From Giardia intestinalis (taxonomy: Eukaryota): a DNA stretch of 64,000 nucleotides. Location of the stretch: assembly GCA_000002435.2 (NCBI GenBank), contig CM018791.1; one strand, written 5' to 3'. Position 1 is the stretch's first letter. Each line of letters opens with the position of its first letter. The notes under the pieces were generated by a model. It searched no databases and was not told the DNA's origin. It saw only the letters and a program-made list of their open reading frames with translations. The translations under genes and the position numbers were made by a program. Shown piece after piece: positions 1-9,100 of this stretch.

Positions 1-198
<198 letters not shown>

Positions 199-466
199 TT
201 AAATTTAAAATGATTTTAATCAGGCCCCAGAACGATCTCTCAACTTTCCTTATGATGCGTTTCAGTGCACAATCTTCGCATTCTGCCGGCACTCTGTCAC
301 TCTCAACATTTCAGAACTGGCTCAAAAGACCAATCTCAATATAATTTTTTTAAGAGAAGAAAACTTAGTGCTCTTTGTGCCGCTGCGTCATTGCATTCTA
401 GAATGATCAGTGACTCCTTACCAGGTCTTTTGGATTACTCGGTTAATTCAAAAATATACATTACAA

Positions 467-2665
467 ATGTCTTTGCTTGAAGATCAATCCTCATCATGCG
501 TTCATGCGTCTGCGAAGCCCGCAGTCCCAGAGCGCGTTGGGCAGCGCTTCGCAGTTATCAACATGGTGTCCAAGTATGAGACGCAAGCAGGCCCCCAGCT
601 AACGGATACCGTCGAAACGTTTGCTGGCAGTGAAATAAGCTTCCATGTGAAGCCATATATTCATGCAGTAGCACAAGGCAATGCATCACAGTTACCACAA
701 TCACCCTCTCAACGGGAGTCGAGCCTAGGAGAGGCTCTTTTTAACCTCTCCTCGGCGCGGGCTCGCGACTCAGACTCAGAATGGGATGCAAACTTTATTC
801 AACTGGAGCCCATGGCAGATGCTCAGAGCAAGCTGTCTTCCTGCAGCAGCTGTCTGCTACCTATTCTACCTTACAAGTTAAAGAATGAGAAGGCCAGCGT
901 TCTCTATGACAGACTAAGACTAGCATCATACAGTGGTTCATCTGCAAGCCAGAAGAGCCGAAAGTATTACGTGTGGATGTCTCAGCTCATGGTTGCCCAT
1001 CATGGACCGATCTGGACATCCGAGTTCTCTCGAGATATGTCATTCTTTGCTACTGCAGGCCAGAACGGGTTTGTTAAAATATGGAAATACATAAATAAAG
1101 CACAGGTACACGTAGAACCATGTAAGCCATCGCTTGATGTCTCCACTCTCACCCATGTCAAGAAGCCTGAGCTTCTTTCACCCATTTGTGAGAGTCCCTC
1201 CAAGGAAAACCTATCTCAGTACATTGGTTCACCAGTTCTGAACCACTCTTCTAAGCTCTCTACACGCAGGTTATCCAAGGCTGCCGAAGCAGAAGCCAGC
1301 AGTGCAGCTAACGTGCCAAATAACCTGATACCTATACTGGAACCTTTGGATTGCAAGGACGAGAACTTTGATGACGAGAGTGCTAGCTCTCTTACAGACG
1401 AAAAGCCATATGAGATTGTTACTAGATCACAATCACAGTTGCAAGAGGGAGGTACATCTCCATTTAATTCTGTTATAAAGTTTAGACCCTCAAAGGCTCA
1501 ATTTTCTCAACTCTCTCAGACCGTTTCTCAGCACTCTACCCTGTGCTGTAAAGATGCTCCATCTAATAAGCCCTCAATAGACGCTCAGTCTCTGACTTCG
1601 GACAAACTGATAATGGATTTTTCCAACAGGCAATCCGCACTAGACAATAATCGTATCCCGTTTTTTCTGCCAGCCATAAGGGTATTTAAAGGACACATCG
1701 CAGACGTGATCTCGTGCTCCTGGTCGAAAAGTAACTTCTTAGCCACAGGCTCCCTGGACAAGACTGTTAAGATATGGAGCCCAATCAAGGGCTCCTGTTT
1801 AGAGATTTTGACCCATAACTCACCTGTCACGTGTGTCCTATTTCATCCTCTTCACGAACAGTTTTTGTACACAGGTACAAGTGCTGGCGATGTGTACCAG
1901 TGGGATGTCATTGGAAAGCGCAAGGTTTCCTGGACTGCCCCGCAAATGGTAACGAGCATAGCCTTTACAAAGAATAAGTTTTCTCCGCCCACAGGCGTCA
2001 TAATCGTAGGGACTGCCCATGGAAAAATATATATACTAGGTGCAGACACGTTGCGGCCCATCTATGAGTTCCAAACATATACCGTACAGCACAGGAAACA
2101 GACCAGCATCCCAGCCCCAAGGGTCCTGGCTTTGTCTGTCATTGATGAAACAAACGAATTGCTGGTGTCCACAGCAGACTCTCAAATTAAGCGGTATTGT
2201 TTACTCTCAATGCTGCAGACCAGAAAGTACAAGGCACACACAATATCTGGAATTTTTGGGGCAGCTATTCCCCGGATTCTGGCCTTAAGTGATTCAAAGG
2301 AGTCCACTCACGAGAAAACATATGAAGAAGACATCAGTCGCTTTCTTATCATCGGAGATGACAAGGGGTCTATTTGCATGTATCCTGACGAGTCCCCTGC
2401 TTCTGGACGATTAAGATCAGGTGCCTCTAAAAATTTCATCGGTATATCTAGTCACGAGAAGCTATCAAAACAGAGAGTCTATACAACACAAGGTACGGAC
2501 ACGGCAAGATCGTGCCTTAAGATCAACCTTCCGTCCAAGACTGTATGCACTACAATCAATGTCGTCCAGAGCAATCAGCATGTAACTGGTATACAGGGTG
2601 ATGCAAGAAAGAGCTCCATAGTGGTCACCACTGCGAACGGATCAGTGATATGCATCGACATTTGA
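467..2665 (+). CDS. WD40-repeat protein (hypothetical)
   Basis: Long ORF to TGA at 2663-2665. The track ORF start at 410 is a GTG. The first in-frame ATG is at 467 in the context ttcaaaaatatacattacaaATG. WD40-like segments are present (GHIADVISCSWSKSNFLATGSLDKTVKIWSP; LYTGTSAGDVYQWDV). Confidence 0.65.
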   Translation: MSLLEDQSSSCVHASAKPAVPERVGQRFAVINMVSKYETQAGPQLTDTVETFAGSEISFHVKPYIHAVAQGNASQLPQSPSQRESSLGEALFNLSSARARDSDSEWDANFIQLEPMADAQSKLSSCSSCLLPILPYKLKNEKASVLYDRLRLASYSGSSASQKSRKYYVWMSQLMVAHHGPIWTSEFSRDMSFFATAGQNGFVKIWKYINKAQVHVEPCKPSLDVSTLTHVKKPELLSPICESPSKENLSQYIGSPVLNHSSKLSTRRLSKAAEAEASSAANVPNNLIPILEPLDCKDENFDDESASSLTDEKPYEIVTRSQSQLQEGGTSPFNSVIKFRPSKAQFSQLSQTVSQHSTLCCKDAPSNKPSIDAQSLTSDKLIMDFSNRQSALDNNRIPFFLPAIRVFKGHIADVISCSWSKSNFLATGSLDKTVKIWSPIKGSCLEILTHNSPVTCVLFHPLHEQFLYTGTSAGDVYQWDVIGKRKVSWTAPQMVTSIAFTKNKFSPPTGVIIVGTAHGKIYILGADTLRPIYEFQTYTVQHRKQTSIPAPRVLALSVIDETNELLVSTADSQIKRYCLLSMLQTRKYKAHTISGIFGAAIPRILALSDSKESTHEKTYEEDISRFLIIGDDKGSICMYPDESPASGRLRSGASKNFIGISSHEKLSKQRVYTTQGTDTARSCLKINLPSKTVCTTINVVQSNQHVTGIQGDARKSSIVVTTANGSVICIDI

Positions 2666-2681
2666 GGGATTTGTCATGCAG

Positions 2682-3449
2682 TTAAACGTTATCATTCATG
2701 TTAAGATACCCCACTGCAGTTTGTTCTACAATAGACAGCATGGTCTGCTCAATCTCTTCGCGCTCCTGTGTCTCTTTGGCAATCTGGGTGTCTAGCCGAG
2801 ACTGAACCTCAACTATGAGATTTTTAATTTGTATTTCAGCCTTCTTGCGTTCATGCTCTAAAGACTTTAGTCGTTGGCGTAACTCCGCGATGCTATTGCG
2901 TGCAGTCGTCTCGAGTTCTGATAGAATGGTGGAAGACATGAGCTCCTCCTGCTCTAATTCCTCCTGCAGCTGTAGGAGATCTGTCTCCATTGTTTTCTTA
3001 TTTCGTGCGTATGTCTCATTCTGCTCTGCAATTAAGGCCGCAACGAGTGTATCCATTTCTTCATAGTATTTTTCCGAGACAGTGGTCATCCTCGATGTGG
3101 ACTCCTTTTGTGACACCTTGAAGTCTCCTATTGTCGCCTGCATAACGTCATCAACATCACGGAGCTCTATCGTCTTGCTATCCTGGACATACGCCATTGC
3201 CCTCTTCTCGCTGCCAATGAGTTCGAAAAGCTTGACCAGATACTCCTTTATTTTCTGCATTTCGTCCTCTCGGTATGCTTCTGCTTCATCTAAACGCTCC
3301 TCGCAGTCCTCGATCTCTGTTTGTATTGCGTCTATCTTAGTTAGTCTGTTTTGCTCTATCTTTGACTGTAGGCGCACAAGTCTATCGGTTAGGATAGATA
3401 CCCTGTTCTCACCGCCATTTGTAGAGACAGTAGAGCGGTATGAATCCAT
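2682..3449 (-). CDS. coiled-coil protein (hypothetical)
   Basis: 255-aa ORF with a genuine ATG at 3449 preceded by A-rich sequence. Translation is heptad-rich and charged (LVRLQSKIEQNRLTKIDAIQTEIEDCEERLDEAEAYRED...). It is convergent with the WD40 gene, with only 16 nt between the two stop codons. Confidence 0.55.
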   Translation of the reverse strand: MDSYRSTVSTNGGENRVSILTDRLVRLQSKIEQNRLTKIDAIQTEIEDCEERLDEAEAYREDEMQKIKEYLVKLFELIGSEKRAMAYVQDSKTIELRDVDDVMQATIGDFKVSQKESTSRMTTVSEKYYEEMDTLVAALIAEQNETYARNKKTMETDLLQLQEELEQEELMSSTILSELETTARNSIAELRQRLKSLEHERKKAEIQIKNLIVEVQSRLDTQIAKETQEREEIEQTMLSIVEQTAVGYLNMNDNV

Positions 3450-3681
3450 TTTGAGCCTTTGTTGAATCTTGGGATCTTTGATCTTTGTGATTTTAGTTAA
3501 ATTTTGAAATCTGTAAAATTATAACGAACTTTTCCAAAAGCTGATTCTTGTGAAAGGGTTTCAGGCTTTCCTGTAGCGGCGCCACCAGGTATCCAAGAGC
3601 ACTTCAGGGGCTTCAGCGTGGATCAGGGCTTTTTGCGGCTACACTTTGTGTTTCTTTAAATCTGTTGCGCAACGTTTTTAA

Positions 3682-6132
3682 ATGGCCATTGTGTGCGTTA
3701 ATCAGATGCTTTCTGATATAGATGTTGACGCTTCTGCACTTTATTCTCGAACTATTTCTGTAGATGGGCTGCCAGACACCATGAAAGACGGCGTCCTCTT
3801 TACCTGGGCCAAATATTTATTCAATAAAGAAGATCAAAGCGCAATCAACCACGCGCTACCATTCTTGCTTTCGCTAAAAACTGCAACCATGGATGAGAAC
3901 AGATACCTGATTAGGCTACGGTACCGTTTCTCCAGAGGGGTACCTTTGGAGGCAGTTGTAGCACATCATATCAAATTAGGAACCTATGTGAGTGAGGACA
4001 TCATCGTGTATCTGGCTCGCGTGGTCTTAGCTGATATGAGCATCGGGATGGAGTACAATCTTCTCTACGGATTAAGCCAAAAAGCTGTTCTAGTAGATCA
4101 GAACTTTGATAAATTCATATACACCGTCTACGCCCCTGTCAGCATCGTTAGTGAAGGTGCTTCAAGTACCAAAGATCATAATTCAATTGTCAATCCAATC
4201 ACCAAAAAGCAATTAATAGAATATAGTGTATCAAATTTAGGGGCCTTGTTATTCGAACTTTGCACTCTATCGTCGAAAGGCACAGCTGAGCATACCTTAG
4301 ACCCGACGATTCTTCTGGAGTGTACCGATAGATTGTGTGGCTGTGGATACTCCAGAGTCCTGGCGACATTTATTATTAGCTGTCTTACCTTTCCGCATTC
4401 TATTGATTTGGCCGGGACAACCTCGGGGTTTTCTTTCAGTTCTTTTGGAGATGCCATATCAGCAATAGATGCCGTCACGAAGACAGCTGCCCGTGGCACA
4501 GCTTGCAGTACAGATGAGTCTTTTCCTGATACAGCACACAGAACGATACCTACAACTTTATGTTCAGAACCTGGTGCTGCACAATCTGACAATAGTGAGC
4601 AGAGCCGTGAACAGGAGCGAAGTGTGATTCAGAGCCTGATAGCCTCCCAGAGCATTAAGTGCCTTGCAGAACACGTTACAACAGAATCTGGGGCCTCAAT
4701 ACTGTCATCTATCTTAGAAGATAAGTTAATTTTAGCCAAAAAACAATATACACCAGAGTTGGCGACTATCGTTCAAGCATGTGTCACAGATAGAGACCTC
4801 TGTATCCGCGTCAACGCGAGGAATCCTGATCTGTCACCAATCAGAACGTACTTAATTTCTGCAGCACAGAAAGGTGACGTTAAAGCACTCTTGAAAAACT
4901 ATAATGAAATAGGGTTTATCTATGGAAAATACACGGCCCTGATGGAGGCTGCTCGAAGAAACAATCTCCACGTGATCCCCTTCCTACTAGGTGAGCTGGG
5001 ATGCGTTAACACTACTGGCCAAACTGCGCTGATGCTGGCAGCACACTTTAACAACGTTGAAGCTGTAAAGCTCCTTCTCATGGAAGCAGGCATTGCTGAC
5101 AATTGGGGGACAACTGCTCTAATGATGGCATGCATGAGGGGCCACGACACGATAGTGGAACTCTTGCTACCAGAGAGTCGAAGGCAGGACGAATGGGGCA
5201 ACACAGCCATGATATACGCAGCCCAGAACGGGCACCTGGATTGCGTCAAGCTGCTACTTTCAAGAGAAATCAAGATGGTTACCAAAATTTCAAGCACTGC
5301 ACTTTCGCAAGCCATGATGTGTGGTCACAAGGATTGTGCATGTGTACTGCAGGCAGAAGAGCAGATGTCCAATATTACTCCCTTAATGCGCTCTGTCTTC
5401 TTCAACGAGTGTGAAGGGGCGTTAGCTCAAAGTATCAAAGAGTGTGCAGACACTGTTTCCTATGCAAACAAGGCGGGCTTTACAGCGATAATGTTTGCCG
5501 CTGCAGGCCACAACTGGGATGCTGTGAATCTCCTCTTGCCATATGAGGCACAGCACTCACCAGACTTGGCTGGTCTTTACACTAAGAACGTAGATGAAGC
5601 AGCCTGTAGTTTCTTTTCAGAGGCTGTGCAAGGGAGATACATCCATCTGGTCTTTGTCTTTGCAACTTATTTGCACTACCTTCTTGAGCACGGAAAGATA
5701 GATGCGTTCAAGCAGAAGTGCGACTCTGGCATCTTGCATGCATGGTCGGGCATACCAGTTCTGCACCGCACAGGCCTAATGGAATGTGCAAAGCGTGGGG
5801 ATGTAATAGGGGTACGGGCATCTCGAGAAGACTATTGTAAGGTTTTTGACGGCTACACGGCCCTGATGTTAGGAATCATCAATCGTATGGCAATTTGCTC
5901 TCGTCTGTTACTTGTGGAAATGGGGATCCAGGGAGCTGAGGGAATGACGGCACTTATGCATGCAGTAGACAGCGGGCAAGTAGATCTTGTTTCTCTCTTA
6001 CTCGCAGAAGCACCAATCAAGAATGCAGCTGGGGACACAGCCCTTGATATAGCCAGGCGGCGAGCAAAGAGTCACCCTCCAGACTCACCCTATAATCAAT
6101 GCGTCTCCATGCTGCTCAGTTTTCAGTGGTAG
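3682..6132 (+). CDS. ankyrin-repeat protein (Giardia Protein 21.1-like)
   Basis: 816-aa ORF with a genuine ATG at 3682 after aacgtttttaa. The C-terminal half contains tandem ankyrin repeats (TALMEAARRNNLHVIPFLL; TALMLAAHFNNVEAVKLLL; TALMMACMRGHDTIVELLL; NTAMIYAAQNGHLDCVKLLL). Confidence 0.7.
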   Translation: MAIVCVNQMLSDIDVDASALYSRTISVDGLPDTMKDGVLFTWAKYLFNKEDQSAINHALPFLLSLKTATMDENRYLIRLRYRFSRGVPLEAVVAHHIKLGTYVSEDIIVYLARVVLADMSIGMEYNLLYGLSQKAVLVDQNFDKFIYTVYAPVSIVSEGASSTKDHNSIVNPITKKQLIEYSVSNLGALLFELCTLSSKGTAEHTLDPTILLECTDRLCGCGYSRVLATFIISCLTFPHSIDLAGTTSGFSFSSFGDAISAIDAVTKTAARGTACSTDESFPDTAHRTIPTTLCSEPGAAQSDNSEQSREQERSVIQSLIASQSIKCLAEHVTTESGASILSSILEDKLILAKKQYTPELATIVQACVTDRDLCIRVNARNPDLSPIRTYLISAAQKGDVKALLKNYNEIGFIYGKYTALMEAARRNNLHVIPFLLGELGCVNTTGQTALMLAAHFNNVEAVKLLLMEAGIADNWGTTALMMACMRGHDTIVELLLPESRRQDEWGNTAMIYAAQNGHLDCVKLLLSREIKMVTKISSTALSQAMMCGHKDCACVLQAEEQMSNITPLMRSVFFNECEGALAQSIKECADTVSYANKAGFTAIMFAAAGHNWDAVNLLLPYEAQHSPDLAGLYTKNVDEAACSFFSEAVQGRYIHLVFVFATYLHYLLEHGKIDAFKQKCDSGILHAWSGIPVLHRTGLMECAKRGDVIGVRASREDYCKVFDGYTALMLGIINRMAICSRLLLVEMGIQGAEGMTALMHAVDSGQVDLVSLLLAEAPIKNAAGDTALDIARRRAKSHPPDSPYNQCVSMLLSFQW

Positions 6133-6186
6133 ATTAGTCAGTCTGCAAAGAACTTGTAAACTTTAGCTAAACTATTTAAAAAGGAA

Positions 6187-9100
6187 ATGACCCGACGCCA
6201 CCAGGCCGACACGGGAACCGCGGACTACACGCAGTACAGACAGGAATTCCCAGAGATTCCATTCGACAGGTACAAGATAACGCAGCACGTAGGGAAGGGC
6301 GCGTTCTCAAAAGTTTTCTTGGCCTATACACCAGAGTTCCAAAGGCGTGCCATCAAGCGCATCAGATTGACAGCCAAACCGCACCAGCTCCTCAAGGAAA
6401 TAGAGTTTCTCCGTCGATTGGAGGGGAAGTCGCATATCGTGCAAATCAAAGAAATTCGCTTCTCTGACGCCACGCTGCAAACAACCGTCATCACTTCCTA
6501 CTCAGACACGGATGATTTCAAGTCTGTTATACTGGACTTCACCCCAAGAGAAATCCAGGCCTATATGCGCTCCATTTTGACTGCCCTCTCTCATCTAGAG
6601 AAATTGAAAATAATACATCGTGATATAAAGCCTGGCAATTTCCTCTTTGAGCGAAAAACAGGAAAAGGGCTGCTTATTGATTTTGGCCTCGCCCAAACGC
6701 TACGCGAGGTCCGAGAGTTTCCGCTTCTCCGAGGCCAGTCGAAGTCGCGCAAGGGTGTCATACACATTAACTTAGACCGTCTTATGCGTCAAAGCAATCA
6801 GTATCTGACCGACCTGACAGCCCAGGGAGAGGAGACATACTACACTGCGCGCATGTCTCTCAAAGAAGGACAGACAGTACCGGCTGCACATGTCACAGGC
6901 TCGAATGCTGCCGCATCAACGAATGTTGTTCGACCCAATGACGACACGGCTGAGCGACTTCCCATAGCGGGCTACATAAACAAGGATCATTCAACCTTCC
7001 GCCCGCTTCCACCATCGGCACATAGTGGAACTCACGGGTACAGAGCGCCTGAGATCCTTGTTCCAGTTCGAAACCAGGATTGTAAGATTGATAGCTGGAG
7101 TGTCGGTGTTATTCTTATACAGATCCTGACGGGGAAAACGTCGCTTTTCCGTGGCAATCCGACTGTGGATATTTATGAGATCCTGGCTATTCGCTCGATA
7201 ATTGGAACAGACAGGTTCATTCAGGGCATGTCCAGGCTCAAGGCTGACTTTAGTCTCACAGCTGGTGCTCCGATGCCGCAAGCTATCGCCCTGGAAGAGC
7301 TTGCTGAATGGTATAATCCGGATCTCCTGGCAGTACTGCCTGCTTCCTGCTTTGATCTGTGCAGGAAGCTGCTTGAGTTTGATCCTGAAAGCCGACTAAG
7401 TGCAACAGAGGCTCTTTCACACCCCTTCCTCGCCATGGACGAAAACCTACTTCCTAATTACCGCTTCCAGGATGGCGCCCACAGCAAGAGCCTTTTAAGT
7501 TTTACAGGATATGCCAATGCAACGAACAGTCAGGACAGCATGAACCGTGAGGAGGAGACTCTGCAGGCTCTTCGTAAACGCGGAAGTGAGATCGCTGAGC
7601 GACTCGGTCTTTGCCGCGTGACTTCCGAGACCTTAGCCGATGAATATTCCACCATGTCGCCACAGTCTATGATCCCTCTACCCCGTGACTTGAGAAAGCA
7701 AGCTATGAAATCAGTCCAAAAGTTTGCCTTGGATAAGACAGTACAGGGGCCGTCTGGGATTATTGTAGAACGCTCAAAGACAAGCGACTACAGCTTCCCG
7801 AGCAATTCTTCGGTGCAAGACCTTTCCTCGTGCGGGGGCGTGACATTGAGCCGTCCGCGTCTTGCCGCAGCCCCTGGTAGCCATGCAAGACACTGTGCAA
7901 TTGATGCAGCGATGCGGCAGAAGATAGCATATTACAAGGAGAAGGGCATCAGGGTTACCCTGGATGATCTACATCGAGAGGTGCTTGACCAACAATGGGA
8001 GATAGCAAACAAGGACAAGGAGACCTTCGAACGCGCTGTGCGTGCTACAGCAGTGCGACGAAGACTGGATCCGTGGGTTCAGCCTCTTAAAGCCTTAGAT
8101 AAAGAGCTCAGGATCTGCCAGAAGGATGTGCGGAAGGCTGCTGAAGAATATCGACGAACCGTTCTCTCTCTTGGTATTATAGATCTGGAAACCAAGACCG
8201 CCGATGAAGGCCACCGCCACAAAGTTTCTGCCGGACTGGACGGCGACAAGGACAAGCTAGATGCAAAGAACGAGCAAGGACGCACTCAACTTTCTGGTGC
8301 AACTGGAATTACTGTTACTGGGCAGGGGGCAGGAGCTTTCACAAACTATCACAGTTATTTGTCGGCTCTTATTCCGTCCCCGAATGCTCTTAAGACAGCT
8401 GTGAATATAAAGCTCGCATCAGATGCCAAGATTCAAGTTGCGAAGACTATGGACGTAAAAACAGTGGAGTCTTTCTATTATCCGAAGTACTATGCCATCA
8501 ATAAGATTAGAACGCATCGCCTGCTTAATTTTATCGTCAAGTCTGAGCTGGCGCAGACTGCAGCCCTTGACACTGGGAATAGTGTTGGAGTTGCAGGCGT
8601 GACCACCTGCACAAACCATCTGACTAAGACCCTTGCAACTGTGATAGCTACGAAAGCATGGGAAGTTGTTCACTCCAATTCTTCCAAGAATATGATCACT
8701 AAGGAGAAGTCCCGGTCAGTATACGACTTGACAATGAAGGCTGCCAAGATCGCCAGTGTTTCTCATCGCCTTGCACTATCTGGCCCTGATGCATGGGAAG
8801 CAAAGGGAGAGTCCTTCTTCTTGTCACCTAATTCTCGATTAGGGATGATAGAGATCAAAGCTGATGAGTGCAAGTTTCGTGTCCACGACTTTAACACAAA
8901 GATCCTTCAACATCAGCATCACGCTTCCCAGTGCCAATTTATCATTCAGGAGCGCACAGGTTTCCTCAGTAAGATAGCACAGCTTGAAGAGTCCATAAGG
9001 AGCAAAATGAACGCAAATACAGAACAGATTAAGATTTTGCAAGGTACTCTGAAGTCGTCTGCCAATAAGAACGACACAATTCAGGAGGAGATAAACTATC

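Noticed and set aside
410-466. ORF-track start positions at 410, 27000, 29158-type upstream extensions, 31388, 35246, 37149, 38944, 42828 and 20835
   Set aside because: These 'M' starts are GTG/TTG codons, verified at 410, 27000, 31388, 35246, 33036 and 20835. Giardia initiates at AUG with very short 5'UTRs, so the first genuine in-frame ATG was used, or the unit was called start-less.
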